From NCBI RefSeq assembly GCF_042660085.1, contig NZ_JBHSTI010000008.1:1899876-1931875 (forward strand): a stretch of DNA of 32,000 nucleotides. The letters are read 5' to 3'. Below the pieces are notes generated by a model, which was not told the DNA's origin, ran no database searches, and worked only from the letters and a program-made list of their open reading frames with translations. The translations under genes were made by a program, and so were the position numbers. This stretch comes from Longivirga aurantiaca. Its GTDB lineage: Bacteria > Actinomycetota > Actinomycetes > S36-B12 > CAIYMF01. Shown here piece by piece: positions 16,285-26,274 of this stretch (the first letter of the stretch is position 1; each line of letters opens with the position of its first letter).

Positions 16285-17960
16285 GCCTCATCGTGAAGGA
16301 GGCCGGCAAGGCCATCAGCCGTGCAGACGAGCGGGCCCCGATCAGCTCGCTGCTCAAGGCGAACATGCGCAAGATCTTCCCCGACCACTGGTCGTTCATG
16401 CTGGGTGAGATCGCGCTCTACTCGTTCATCATCCTGCTGCTCACCGGCGTCTACCTGACGATCTGGTTCAAGCCCTCGATGACCGAGATCGTCTACAACG
16501 GCTCGTACACCCCGCTCGTCGGCATCCACATGTCCGAGGCCTACGCCTCCACGCTGGACATCAGCTTCGACGTCCGCGGCGGCCTGCTCCTGCGCCAGAT
16601 CCACCACTGGGCGGCGCTGTTCTTCATGGCCGCGATGATGGTCCACATGTTCCGGATCTTCTTCACCGGAGCGTTCCGCCGACCGCGCGAGTTCAACTGG
16701 GTCATCGGCGGATCGATGATCCTCATCGGCCTGCTCGAGGGCTTCGCCGGCTACTCGCTGCCGGACGACCTGCTGTCCGGCGTCGGGGTCCGCATCGTCG
16801 CGGGCATCGTCGAGTCGATCCCCGTGATCGGCACCTACCTGATGTTCTTCATCTTCGGTGGCGAGTTCCCGGGCAACGACTTCATCCCACGCCTGTACAC
16901 GTTCCACGTGCTGCTCGTGCCAGGGATCCTGCTGGCCCTCATCGGCCTGCACCTGATCCTGATCTTCTACCACAAGCACACGCAGTACCCCGGGCCCGGC
17001 CGCACCAACTCCAACGTCGTCGGCTTCCCGCTCTTCCCGGTGTACGTCGCCAAGGCCGGTGGCTTCTTCTTCATCGTCTTCGGCGTCACCGCGCTGATGG
17101 GTGCGCTGGTCACGATCAACCCGATCTGGGCGTACGGCCCCTACGTGCCCGACCAGGTCACAGCAGGCTCGCAGCCCGACTGGTACATCGGATTCCTCGA
17201 CGGCATGCTCCGCGCGATGCCGCCCTGGGAGACCGTCCTGTTCGGCCAGTGGACGATCAGCTGGAACGTGTTCATCCCAGCGGCGGTCATGCCGGGCATC
17301 CTCGTCGGGCTGCTCCTGGCCTACCCGTTCCTCGAGGCCTGGGTCACCGGCGACAAGCGCGAGCACCACCTGCTCGACCGCCCGCGCAACAACCCCACGC
17401 GCACGGCGATCGGCGTCATGGTCATCTCGTTCTACGGGATCCTGGTCATCAACGGTGCGAACGACGTCATCGCGATCACGTTCAACCTGTCGATCAACCA
17501 GCTGATCTGGTTCACCCGTATCGGGATCTTCATCATCCCGCCGCTGGCGTTCATCGCCACGCGGCGCTGGTGCCTGGCGCTGCAGCGGCGCGACCGCGAC
17601 CTGCTGCTGCACGGTCGGGAGAGCGGCCAGATCCTGCGCCTCCCGCACGGCGAGTTCATCGAGATCCACACGCCGGTCTCGGACGACGTCAAGGCGGTCA
17701 TCCTCTCCAAGGAGGACGTCGCGCCGATCGAGGCTCCCCCGGCCACCGACGAGAACGGCGTCAAGACGCCGGGCCTGCGCGGCAAGCGCTGGCGGGCCAA
17801 GCTGTCCCGGGCGTACTTCGGCGACAACGTCGCCAAGCCCTCGGCGGCCGAGCTCGAGGAGGCCGCGCACCACGGGCACGAGCTCCACGACCACGAGGTC
17901 GCCGAGCTCGAGGCGGCCGGCAAGCACGCACCGTCGACGCTCACGCCCGACTCGCACTGA
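16281..17960 (+). CDS. qcrB: Menaquinol-cytochrome c reductase cytochrome b subunit
   Basis: 'HHWAALFFMAAMMVHMFRIFFTGAFRRPREFNWVIG', 'GYSLPDDLLSGVGVRI', 'WYIGFLDGMLRAMPPWE'; overlaps qcrA stop by 4 nt. Confidence 0.98.
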   Translation: MSLIVKEAGKAISRADERAPISSLLKANMRKIFPDHWSFMLGEIALYSFIILLLTGVYLTIWFKPSMTEIVYNGSYTPLVGIHMSEAYASTLDISFDVRGGLLLRQIHHWAALFFMAAMMVHMFRIFFTGAFRRPREFNWVIGGSMILIGLLEGFAGYSLPDDLLSGVGVRIVAGIVESIPVIGTYLMFFIFGGEFPGNDFIPRLYTFHVLLVPGILLALIGLHLILIFYHKHTQYPGPGRTNSNVVGFPLFPVYVAKAGGFFFIVFGVTALMGALVTINPIWAYGPYVPDQVTAGSQPDWYIGFLDGMLRAMPPWETVLFGQWTISWNVFIPAAVMPGILVGLLLAYPFLEAWVTGDKREHHLLDRPRNNPTRTAIGVMVISFYGILVINGANDVIAITFNLSINQLIWFTRIGIFIIPPLAFIATRRWCLALQRRDRDLLLHGRESGQILRLPHGEFIEIHTPVSDDVKAVILSKEDVAPIEAPPATDENGVKTPGLRGKRWRAKLSRAYFGDNVAKPSAAELEEAAHHGHELHDHEVAELEAAGKHAPSTLTPDSH

Positions 17961-17974
17961 GTCACCAGCACCAT

Positions 17975-18006
17975 CGAAGGCCCGGTCCGCGAGGACCGGG
18001 CCTTCG
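17975..18006 (+). terminator. Hairpin terminator after qcrCAB operon
   Basis: cgaaggcccggtcc-gcga-ggaccgggccttcg; 14-bp perfect arms, 14 nt after qcrB stop. Confidence 0.88.
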
Positions 18007-18043
18007 TGCGTCGGCGGCCTGCACGCGCTGGCAGGCTGGTCCC

Positions 18044-18409
18044 GTGGACACCACCCCGCTCCCCCGCCCGGACGGCGACCCGGTCGCGCCGGAGCCCCGT
18101 CGGGTCGACACCGGCTGCCGTCGCGGCCACACCGGCCGCAGCGGGCCCGGCGAGAACCGCGAGCTGGGGCAGGTGCCCGGCCGCGTGTCGGCGTGGTTCG
18201 GCGCGGTGCTGCTGGCACTGGTCTGCGCGGCGCTGTGGGCCTGGCTGCCCGTCACCCGGCCGTGGCTGCCCGTGGTGCTCGGCACCTGGTACGTCGTCGT
18301 CCTCGCCGTCCAGGCCGCCCTGGGCCACCGGGGCACGTGCCTGGTCCGCCGCACCGGCCGGTGGTACTTCGGGCCCGCAGGGGCCCTCCTGGGCCCCTCC
18401 GAGGACTGA
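18044..18409 (+). CDS. Small putative membrane protein
   Basis: GTG at 18044; two hydrophobic segments 'VSAWFGAVLLALVCAALWAWLPV' and 'WLPVVLGTWYVVVLAVQAALG'. Located in the last part of ORF 17249-18409. Confidence 0.6.
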   Translation: MDTTPLPRPDGDPVAPEPRRVDTGCRRGHTGRSGPGENRELGQVPGRVSAWFGAVLLALVCAALWAWLPVTRPWLPVVLGTWYVVVLAVQAALGHRGTCLVRRTGRWYFGPAGALLGPSED

Positions 18410-18454
18410 CTCAGCCCGCGGCCACCGGCACTCGCCCCCTCCGAGCGCGCTGCC

Positions 18455-19645
18455 TCAGGCGAACGCCGAGCCCGCCTTCCACTCGTCGTACGGCGTGTTC
18501 CAGAGGCCGATGCCGTTCCACGGCTGCATCTCGCGGTTGCTGCCGGTGTAGACGACGACGTCGCCGATCCGGGATCGGTCGTAGAGCCACTTCGCGTTCG
18601 CGTCGCTCATGCCGGTGCAGCCGTGCGAGACGTTCTCCTTGCCCTGCTCGGCGACCGACCAGGGCGCGGCGTGGATGAACTCGCCGGAGTTGGTGAGCCG
18701 CATCGCCCACTTCACCTCGAGGCGGTAGTACTCGGGGTCGTTCACGAGCGTGCCGCCGGTGGAGGCGTCCATCAGGCGCGTGGGCTCCTTGGTGGAGATC
18801 ACCTTCACGCCGCTGCGCGTGGTGAACCCCTCCTTCCCGGTGGTGATCGGGATCCGCTTCACGGTCTTGCCGTCACGGGTCACGCGCATCGTGTGCTTCT
18901 GGATGTCGACGTACGACACCATCGCGGCGCCGGTGGCGAAGGTCAGGGTGCGGTCGGCCTGGCCCCAGATCTTCGAGGTGAACCGCTGCCCTTTGAGCCG
19001 GGCGGTGACCGTGACAGTCGCGTGGCCGGGCCAGTACTCGGCGGGGCGGTAGCTGACGACGTTCGAGGAGTCCCAGCTCCAGGAGCCGTCGACCTTCTCG
19101 CCGTCCACGCGCACGGCGAGAGTGCGCTCGAACGCCCTGCGCGCGGAGTTGGTGGGCAGGCCCTGGTCGAGGGTGAGCCGGATCGGCAGGCCCACGCCGA
19201 CCACAGCCCCCTCGCGCGGGCTCATCGTGAACCCGAGGAAGGAGGACGGCGCGACCGTCTGCAGGATCGTGGTGCTGCGGGTGGGGACGCCGACGCGGTC
19301 GACCGCCTCGGCCTCGACGGTGTACGACGAGTCGTAGTCGAGCTTGCCGCCCGCCACCATGAACGTGCGCCCGTCCACCGAGAGCACGCCCTCGACCGGC
19401 CCGTCCGGACCGACCACGCGCACCGCGGTGAGACGGCCGGCATCGGCCTTCACCACGAGCCGGGCAGCGGGGGCCACGGGCTCGCCGGTGGGCGCGGGGG
19501 TGATGACGATCGAGGCGGCCGAGGCGGGCTCGACCGAGCCCGCGCGGATCTGGAGGCCGCCGGCGCCGCAGCCGCTCAGCACGAGCGCAGTGGCCGTGCC
19601 GAGCACGACCAGCAGCGCCTTCGGGGCGCGCGAACCAGTGCTCAC
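18455..19645 (-). CDS. L,D-transpeptidase lipoprotein (Ig-like domains + YkuD; LppS/LdtMt2-like)
   Basis: Lipobox 'LVLSGCGAGG', 'GFTMSPREGAVVGVGLPIRLTLDQG', catalytic 'IHAAPWSVAEQGKENVSHGCTGMSDANAKWLYDRSRIGDVV'. Confidence 0.95.
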   Translation of the reverse strand: MSTGSRAPKALLVVLGTATALVLSGCGAGGLQIRAGSVEPASAASIVITPAPTGEPVAPAARLVVKADAGRLTAVRVVGPDGPVEGVLSVDGRTFMVAGGKLDYDSSYTVEAEAVDRVGVPTRSTTILQTVAPSSFLGFTMSPREGAVVGVGLPIRLTLDQGLPTNSARRAFERTLAVRVDGEKVDGSWSWDSSNVVSYRPAEYWPGHATVTVTARLKGQRFTSKIWGQADRTLTFATGAAMVSYVDIQKHTMRVTRDGKTVKRIPITTGKEGFTTRSGVKVISTKEPTRLMDASTGGTLVNDPEYYRLEVKWAMRLTNSGEFIHAAPWSVAEQGKENVSHGCTGMSDANAKWLYDRSRIGDVVVYTGSNREMQPWNGIGLWNTPYDEWKAGSAFA

Positions 19646-19772
19646 GTCACACCCCCGTCCGCTCCCGTGCTCAGGTCCTGCCCACAGTGTCGGCAGGCGC
19701 GGGCCGTCGGTCCACCTCTCCAGGATGACGGATGGGTGACGGTTGGCCCGTTCGGGGGTCCCGGGAGCACGA

Positions 19773-19808
19773 CGAGGGGGCCGGACCCAGCTGGGTCCGG
19801 CCCCCTCG
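19773..19808. terminator. Terminator-like palindrome downstream of ctaF
   Basis: cgagggggccggacccag|ctgggtccggccccctcg, 18-bp perfect arms, 15 nt from the ctaF stop. Confidence 0.85.
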
Positions 19809-19823
19809 GGCAGTGCGGGGTGC

Positions 19824-20219
19824 TCAGTCGGCGAACTCGCCGACGTAGTACTCGAACACGAAGCCCACGATGCTGAGCAGGAGCAGGCCGACGCCCAGGA
19901 TCAGCAGCCAGACGGCGAACACCAGGCCCATGACCGTGATGCCGGTGGCGATCGCGACGGCGATGGGCCACCACGAGTGCGGGCTGAAGAAGCCGTAGTC
20001 GGGCTCGGCGTCCTCGATGACGGCGAGCGGGTCGTCCTCGGGGCGGGTGCCCACGCGGCGAGCCGTGAAGAGCAGGTAGAAGCCGACGAGGAAGGCCAGA
20101 CCGCCGGTCAGCGCGAGCGCCGTGGTGCCGACGATCTCCTTCGTGATGAACCAGTAGGCGATCGCGACCACGCCGAAGAAGGCGGTGCCGATCGCGAAGA
20201 GCGCGCCCTCGATCTTCAC
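19824..20219 (-). CDS. ctaF: Actinobacterial cytochrome c oxidase subunit 4
   Basis: '[62 protein letters not shown]...[15 protein letters not shown]'; overlaps ctaD stop. Confidence 0.96.
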   Translation of the reverse strand: MKIEGALFAIGTAFFGVVAIAYWFITKEIVGTTALALTGGLAFLVGFYLLFTARRVGTRPEDDPLAVIEDAEPDYGFFSPHSWWPIAVAIATGITVMGLVFAVWLLILGVGLLLLSIVGFVFEYYVGEFAD

Positions 20220-21946
20220 GACTCAACACCCTTCGACTCGGCGCCGACGAGCGCGTCGACGACCTGTGCGTGCCCGTGGTCGGCCAGCTCCGGGTGGTGC
20301 AGGTCGAACGCCGGGGACTCCGACCGGATGACCGGGATGGAGGTGAAGTTGTGCCGCGGAGGCGGGCAGGACGTCGCCCACTCGAGCGAGCGGCTCCAGC
20401 CCCACGGGTCGTCCTCGGTCACCCGCGGAGCGGTGCGGGCGGTCTTCCACACGTTGTAGAAGAACGGCAGCATCGAGATGGCCAGGATCGCCGACCCGAC
20501 GGTGCTCACCACGTTGAGCTCGGTGAAGCCGTCCGACTCGAGGTAGTCCGCGTAGCGGCGGGGCATGCCCTCGGCGCCGAGCCAGTGCTGGACGAGGAAC
20601 GTCGTGTGGAAGCCGACGAACAGCAGCCAGAAGTGCACCTTGCCGAGGCTCTCGTCGAGCATCTTGCCGGTCCACTTCGGCCACCAGAAGTAGAAGCCGG
20701 CGAACATCGCGAACACGACCGTGCCGAACACGACGTAGTGGAAGTGCGCCACCACGAAGTAGGAGTCGGACACCTGGAAGTCGACCGGCGGGGCCGAGAG
20801 CAGGATGCCCGTGAGACCGCCGAAGAGGAACGTGACGAGGAAGCCGAGGGTCCAGAGCATCGGCGTCTCGAACGAGACCGAGCCGCGCCACATCGTGCCG
20901 ATCCAGTTGAAGAACTTCACACCGGTCGGGATCGCGATGAGCATCGTCATGAACGAGAAGAACGGCAGGTTGACCGCGCCGGTGACGTACATGTGGTGAG
21001 CCCACACCGCGACCGAGAGGGCGGCGATCGCCGCGGTGGCGAACACCAGGCCCTTGTAGCCGAAGATCGGCTTGCGGCTGAACACCGGGAGGATCTCCGA
21101 GGCGATGCCGAAGAACGGCAGCGCCAGGATGTAGACCTCGGGGTGCCCGAAGAACCAGAACAGGTGCTGCCACAGGATCGCGCCGCCGTTGGCGGCGTCG
21201 AACACCTGCGCGCCGAACATGCGGTCGGCCTCGAGCACCAGGAACGCTGCGGCGAGGACCGGGAAGGCCATCAGCACGAGGACGCTGGTGAAGAGCACGT
21301 TCCACGTGAAGATCGGCATGCGGAACATCGTCATGCCGGGCGCGCGCATGCAGAAGATCGTGGTGATGAAGTTGACCGCGCCGAGGATGGACCCGAGGCC
21401 ACCGAGGGTGAAGCCGAGGATCCAGAGGTCGGAGCCGACGTTCGGCGAGTTGATCGCGTTCGACAGCGGCGTGTAGGCGAACCAGCCGAAGTCGGCGGCG
21501 CCGCCGGGGGTCAGGAAGCCGAAGCAGACGATCACGCCGCCGACGACGAAGAACCAGAAGGCGAGTGCGTTCAGGCGCGGGAAGGCGACGTCGGGGGCGC
21601 CGATCTGCAGCGGCATGAGCGCGTTGGCGAAGCCGGCGAACAGCGGCGTCGCGAACAGCAGCAGCATGATCGAGCCGTGCATCGTGAACAGCTGGTTGTA
21701 CTGCGCGTTCGACACGATCTGCAGGCCCGGCTGCGCGAGCTCGGCGCGGATGACCAGGGCCATCACGCCGCCGAACACGAAGAACGAGAACGAGACGATC
21801 ATGTACATGTAGCCGATGACCTTGTGGTCGGTGGAGGTGATCCACTTGACCAGCGTGCGGCCGAACTTGCGGCGCGAGGGATCGGTCGTCGTCATGCCCT
21901 CGGGGTCGGGCGCGGGCACGACCGGGCGGTCGTTGAGCAGCGTCAC
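20216..21946 (-). CDS. ctaD: Cytochrome c oxidase subunit I
   Basis: '[19 protein letters not shown]', '[26 protein letters not shown]', '[24 protein letters not shown]'. Confidence 0.98.
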   Translation of the reverse strand: MTLLNDRPVVPAPDPEGMTTTDPSRRKFGRTLVKWITSTDHKVIGYMYMIVSFSFFVFGGVMALVIRAELAQPGLQIVSNAQYNQLFTMHGSIMLLLFATPLFAGFANALMPLQIGAPDVAFPRLNALAFWFFVVGGVIVCFGFLTPGGAADFGWFAYTPLSNAINSPNVGSDLWILGFTLGGLGSILGAVNFITTIFCMRAPGMTMFRMPIFTWNVLFTSVLVLMAFPVLAAAFLVLEADRMFGAQVFDAANGGAILWQHLFWFFGHPEVYILALPFFGIASEILPVFSRKPIFGYKGLVFATAAIAALSVAVWAHHMYVTGAVNLPFFSFMTMLIAIPTGVKFFNWIGTMWRGSVSFETPMLWTLGFLVTFLFGGLTGILLSAPPVDFQVSDSYFVVAHFHYVVFGTVVFAMFAGFYFWWPKWTGKMLDESLGKVHFWLLFVGFHTTFLVQHWLGAEGMPRRYADYLESDGFTELNVVSTVGSAILAISMLPFFYNVWKTARTAPRVTEDDPWGWSRSLEWATSCPPPRHNFTSIPVIRSESPAFDLHHPELADHGHAQVVDALVGAESKGVES

Positions 21947-22797
21947 TGGGAACTCCCCGAGTCGTCGATGCGTCCGGTGTTGCCGCCGGCGTCACCGGTG
22001 GTGATGACGCGGCCGGTCTCGAGCGAGCCGCCCTGGCCGCGGGCCTTGAGCTCGGCGATGTGCGCGTCGTACTCGGCGCGCGAGACGACGCGGACGTTGA
22101 AGAGCATCCGCGAGTGGTCGGTGCCGCAGAGCTCGGCGCACTTGCCCGCGAACACGCCCTCCTTGTTCGGCGTGAGCTCGAACTGGTTGAGGCGGCCGGG
22201 CACGACGTCCATCTTGAAGAGGAACTGCGGCACCCAGAACGAGTGGATCACGTCGGGCGAGGTCAGCTCGAAGCGGGTGCGCTCGTTGACGGGGAGCCAG
22301 AGGTCGGCCGGCCTGGCCGGTGTGCCGACGTCGTACGCCCCCTCCTCGTAGTTGAAGCCCCAGTTCCACTTGAACCCGACGACGCCCACCGTGTTGGAGG
22401 GGTCGGGCGTGAGCTTGGTGAGCTCGGCCTGGTCGCGGGCGGTCACGACGAAGAGCGCGGCGATCATGACGGCCGGGGCCACCGTGTAGAGGATCTCGAG
22501 CGGCGCGTTGTAGCGCGTCTGCACCGGAGCGCCGGAGTTGGCCCGCTTCCGGTAGGCGATGATCGCCCAGAAGATCAGGCCCCAGGTCAGGACGCCGACC
22601 GCGAAGGCCGCGATCCAGGCGTTCTGCCAGAACGAGAGCAGGAGCGGCCCCTGCTCGGTGGCCGGCTCGGGGTAGCCGAGGCGACCCCATTCGGTGTCGG
22701 CGGAGCACCCTGCGGTGCCGGCCAGCACGAGGGCCGCGCCAGCGGCCAGTGCGACGCGGCGTGCCCGCGAGGGGCGCTGCGAGCGGGTCGAGCCCAC
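21943..22797 (-). CDS. ctaC: Cytochrome c oxidase subunit II
   Basis: Lipobox '[17 protein letters not shown]', '[22 protein letters not shown]', CuA motif '[20 protein letters not shown]'. Confidence 0.97.
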   Translation of the reverse strand: MGSTRSQRPSRARRVALAAGAALVLAGTAGCSADTEWGRLGYPEPATEQGPLLLSFWQNAWIAAFAVGVLTWGLIFWAIIAYRKRANSGAPVQTRYNAPLEILYTVAPAVMIAALFVVTARDQAELTKLTPDPSNTVGVVGFKWNWGFNYEEGAYDVGTPARPADLWLPVNERTRFELTSPDVIHSFWVPQFLFKMDVVPGRLNQFELTPNKEGVFAGKCAELCGTDHSRMLFNVRVVSRAEYDAHIAELKARGQGGSLETGRVITTGDAGGNTGRIDDSGSSQ

Positions 22798-22954
22798 GGA
22801 TCGCCATCCCTTGGTGAGGTCGTGCCCCCCGGAACGACAGCGGGCCGCCGGGTGGGCGGCTCGCAGCGACCCGGGGGACGGGTCCGACGTACGCGCCGAG
22901 ACTAGCGCAGCAACCCTCCGACGACCCCCTGGGGTGGGGCATTACCGTCAGGGC

Positions 22955-24175
22955 GTGGCGCAGCACCTGACCAGCGACGATACCGACGCGGGCGGACCTG
23001 CCGACGGTGTGAGGCAAGCCTCACCGAAGAAGTCGGCAGCACCCCCGCGCGGCTACCTCGACGCGGCCTCCGGCGAGCCCCTGCGGCCCGCCGCCAGGGC
23101 CGCGCTCGAGGCCGCCCTCGACCAGGGCTGGGCCGACCCGACGCGCCGGTACCACGACGCCCGGAGGGCCCGCCTGCTGCTCGACGCGGCCCGGGAGTCG
23201 GTCGCCGCGCACCTGGGCGCGCGCCCGGACGAGGTCTCGTTCACGGCGTCCGGCACCCAGGCAGCGCATCTCGGGGTCGCGGGCCTCGCCCACGGTCGCG
23301 TGCGCACCGGCGCCCGCGTCGTCGCGACGGCGGTCGAGCACTCGAGCGTCCTGCACGCGGCCCGCGCCGCGGGCGAGCCCGTGCTCGTGCCCGTCGACGC
23401 CCTCGGACGCCTCGATCTCGACGCGTTCGCCCGTGCCGTCGGCGGCGGGGGCGTGGCCCTCGCCGCCGTGCAGAGCGCGAACCACGAGGTCGGCACCCGT
23501 CAGCCCGTCGCCGCGGTGGCCGACCTCGCCCGCCAGCACGACGTGCCTCTGCTCGTCGACGCCGCCCTGTCGGTGGGCCGGGACGCCCTCCCCGGCGGGT
23601 GGTCCGTCCTCACCGCCAGCGCGCACAAGTGGGGAGGCCCTGCCGGCGTCGGCGTGCTCGCGGTGCGCACGGGCGTCCGCTGGCGGTCGCCCTCCCCCGA
23701 CGACCCGCGCGAGGGCGGCCGCGTGCCGGGCTTCGTGCCGGTGCCGCTGGTGGTGGCTGCAGCAGCGGCCCTCGAGGCGGCCGAGTCCGAGCGCGCCGCC
23801 GAGGGCGTGCGGCTGCGTCGTCTCGTCGACGTCGTGCGCGCCCGTGTGCCGGAGCTCGTGCCGGACGTCGTCGTGCTCGGCGACCCCGCCGACCGGCTCC
23901 CGCACGTGGTCACGTTCTCCTGCCTGTACGTGGACGGCGAGTCGCTCCTCGACGGCCTCGACCGCGAGGGGTTCGCCGCCTCCTCCGGGTCGTCGTGCGT
24001 CGCCGACGCGCTCGAGCCGAGCCACGTCCTCGCCGCCATGGGCGCGCTCACGCAGGGCAACCTGCGGGTGTCGCTGCCTGCCGGGGTGCGTGAGGACGAT
24101 GTCGCGCGGTTCCTGGAGGTGCTGCCTCGTGTCGTCGCGGACGTGCGTGCCACCCTGGGGGCGGAGGACCTGTGA
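22955..24175 (+). CDS. Cysteine desulfurase (IscS/NifS-type, class V aminotransferase)
   Basis: 'GYLDAASGEPLRPAARAALEAALDQGWADPTRRYHDARRARLLLDAARE', PLP-lysine 'LTASAHKWGGPAGVGVL', Cys loop 'ASSGSSCVADALEPSHVLAAMG'. Start GTG at 22955 or in-frame GTG at 23009. Confidence 0.92.
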   Translation: MAQHLTSDDTDAGGPADGVRQASPKKSAAPPRGYLDAASGEPLRPAARAALEAALDQGWADPTRRYHDARRARLLLDAARESVAAHLGARPDEVSFTASGTQAAHLGVAGLAHGRVRTGARVVATAVEHSSVLHAARAAGEPVLVPVDALGRLDLDAFARAVGGGGVALAAVQSANHEVGTRQPVAAVADLARQHDVPLLVDAALSVGRDALPGGWSVLTASAHKWGGPAGVGVLAVRTGVRWRSPSPDDPREGGRVPGFVPVPLVVAAAAALEAAESERAAEGVRLRRLVDVVRARVPELVPDVVVLGDPADRLPHVVTFSCLYVDGESLLDGLDREGFAASSGSSCVADALEPSHVLAAMGALTQGNLRVSLPAGVREDDVARFLEVLPRVVADVRATLGAEDL

Positions 24176-24435
24176 CCGACGCACCGGCGTACGACCGCAT
24201 CGTGGACGAGCGGGGCAAGCGCTGCCCGATGCCCGTGATCTCCCTGGCGCGCAGGGTCTCTGTCGAGCCGGACGCCCGGCTCCTGCTCCTGGCCGACGAT
24301 CCGGCGGCCGAGACCGACGTGCCCGCCTGGTGCGCCCTCCGCGGCCGCACGCTCGCCTGGGTGGGCGCCGCGCCCGACGGCGTGGGGCGCGGCTACCTCG
24401 TCATCCCCCGGAGCGACGACCCTCCGGAGCTGTGA
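24172..24435 (+). CDS. TusA family sulfurtransferase
   Basis: 'DRIVDERGKRCPMPVISLARRVSVEPDARLLLLADDPAAETDVPAWCALRGRTLAWVG'; CPxP motif; GTGA overlap with upstream desulfurase. Confidence 0.92.
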   Translation: MTDAPAYDRIVDERGKRCPMPVISLARRVSVEPDARLLLLADDPAAETDVPAWCALRGRTLAWVGAAPDGVGRGYLVIPRSDDPPEL

Positions 24436-25099
24436 AGGCGGGCGGCAGCGCGAGCGCCGCATCGAGCAGCTCGAGGTAGTCGAGCCGGTCGACCTCGACG
24501 ACGCCCAGCGTGGCGAGGTGGTCCGTGCACCACTGGACGTCGAGCAGCCGCCCCGGGCCGGGCGCCGCGACGAGGGCGTCGACCAGTGCCACGAGCGCCA
24601 CCTTCGACGCATCCCGCTCGCGGCTGAACATCGACTCGCCCGCGAACAGACCGCCGATCTCCACGCCGTACAGGCCGCCCACGAGGTCGCCCTCGGCTGT
24701 GCGCGTCTCGACCGAGTGCGCCCATCCGAGGCGGTGCAGCTCGACGTAGGCCTGCACGAACTGCTCGGTGATCCAGCCGGACGGCCGCCGGGGGTCGCCG
24801 CAGGCGCGCATGACCTCCTCGAACGCGGTGTCGACCGTGGTCGTGAAGCGCCGGCAGGACTTCCGCAGCGACCGGGTCACGCGCAGGCCGTCCAGCGGCA
24901 GCACCCCGCGCGGGTCGGGCGACCACCAGCCGAGGGGGCCGGCGCGGTCGAGCGGCATGGGGAACAGTCCGCTGCGGTACGCCGCGAGCAGCGTGCCGGG
25001 CTCGAGGTCGGCGCCGACTCCGAGCACCTCCTCGCCCGGCTCGCCGAGGGCAGGGTCCGGCAGGACCCATCCGGTCGGCGCCGGCTCCTCTCGGCTCAC
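24401..25099 (-). CDS. aat: Leucyl/phenylalanyl-tRNA--protein transferase
   Basis: 'LLAAYRSGLFPMPL...GWWSPDPRGVLPLDGLRVTRSLRKSCRR', 'GGLYGVEIGGLFAGESMFSRERDASKVALVALVDAL', 'LDVQWCTDHLATLGV'. Confidence 0.96.
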   Translation of the reverse strand: MSREEPAPTGWVLPDPALGEPGEEVLGVGADLEPGTLLAAYRSGLFPMPLDRAGPLGWWSPDPRGVLPLDGLRVTRSLRKSCRRFTTTVDTAFEEVMRACGDPRRPSGWITEQFVQAYVELHRLGWAHSVETRTAEGDLVGGLYGVEIGGLFAGESMFSRERDASKVALVALVDALVAAPGPGRLLDVQWCTDHLATLGVVEVDRLDYLELLDAALALPPAFTAPEGRRSGG

Positions 25100-25123
25100 G
25101 GCCTCCCCCTCGTCGTCACGGCG

Positions 25124-26110
25124 TCAGGGGCGCGGGCACCGGATGTTGCTGCCGACCTCGTCCGCGGCCTCGGCGCCGTAGGTGCCGGCGAAGCGCGCGA
25201 GGAAGTGCTGCTGGGCGAGGTCGTACTCCTGGGTGCCCACCGTCTCGATGACGTACGTCGCGAGCAGCGACCCGATCTGGGCGCAGCGCTCGTGCGAGAG
25301 CCCCCAGGCGAGACCGGCGAGGAACCCGGCGCGGAACGCGTCGCCGACACCGGTCGGGTCGGCCTTGAGCTCCTCGGGCGGGCACGGCACGAACACCGTC
25401 TCCTCGCCCTTCACCTCCACGCGGGCGCCGTCCTTGCCGAGCGTGGTGACGCGAACGCCGACGCGGTGGAGCACCTCGTCGGATGTCCAGCCCGTCTTCT
25501 GCTCGATGAGGCCGGCCTCGTAGTCGTTGCTGAAGAGGTACGCCGCGCCGTCGACGAGCTGCTTGATGCCGTCGCCGTCGAGCCACGCGAGCTGCTGGCT
25601 GGGGTCGGCCACGAACGGGATCTCGCGGAAGCGGCACTCGTCGGTGTGCCGGGTCATCGCCTCGGGGTCGTTCGCCCCGACGAGGACGAGGTCGACGCCG
25701 CCGAGCCGGTCGGCGATCGGGCCGAGCTCGATCTCGCGCGCCTCGGACATCGCGCCGGGGTAGAACGACGCGATCTGGCACTGCTCGGTGTCCGTCGTGC
25801 ACACGAACCGCGCGGTGTGACGGACGTCGGAGACCTTGACCGACGCGGTGTCGACGCCGTGCCGGTCGAGCCAGGACCGGTAGTCGGCGAAGTCCTGGCC
25901 GACGGCGCCCACGAGCGTCGGGCGCAGCCCGAGCACGGCCATGCCGAACGCGATGTTGGCGGCCACTCCCCCGCGCCGGACATCGAGGTCGTCGACGAGG
26001 AACGACAGCGAGACGCGGTCGAGCTTGTCGGCGACGAGCGAGTCGGAGAACTTGCCCGGGAAGGTCATGAGGTGGTCGGTCGCGATCGACCCCGTCACGC
26101 AGACGCGCAC
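25124..26110 (-). CDS. PfkB-family carbohydrate/nucleoside kinase, adenosine-kinase-like (Rv2202c/AdoK type)
   Basis: 'VCVTGSIATDHLMTFPGKFSDSLVADKLDRVSLSFLVDDLDVRRGGVAANIAFGMAVLG', 'DPTGVGDAFRAGFLAGLAWG'; GTG at 26110. Confidence 0.93.
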   Translation of the reverse strand: MRVCVTGSIATDHLMTFPGKFSDSLVADKLDRVSLSFLVDDLDVRRGGVAANIAFGMAVLGLRPTLVGAVGQDFADYRSWLDRHGVDTASVKVSDVRHTARFVCTTDTEQCQIASFYPGAMSEAREIELGPIADRLGGVDLVLVGANDPEAMTRHTDECRFREIPFVADPSQQLAWLDGDGIKQLVDGAAYLFSNDYEAGLIEQKTGWTSDEVLHRVGVRVTTLGKDGARVEVKGEETVFVPCPPEELKADPTGVGDAFRAGFLAGLAWGLSHERCAQIGSLLATYVIETVGTQEYDLAQQHFLARFAGTYGAEAADEVGSNIRCPRP

Positions 26111-26274
26111 GGCCCCTCTTCTCTGTGGTGGTCGTGGGTGGGAGCTCGCGTTTCGGATGCGCAGAACCTTATCCGCCGCACGGAACCGCGATGCGGTGAC
26201 CGGCGTCACAGCACCGTAGGACACCGGGGCGGCACCCGAGGGACGATGAGGTGCCACGGCAGGGAGGTACGGCG

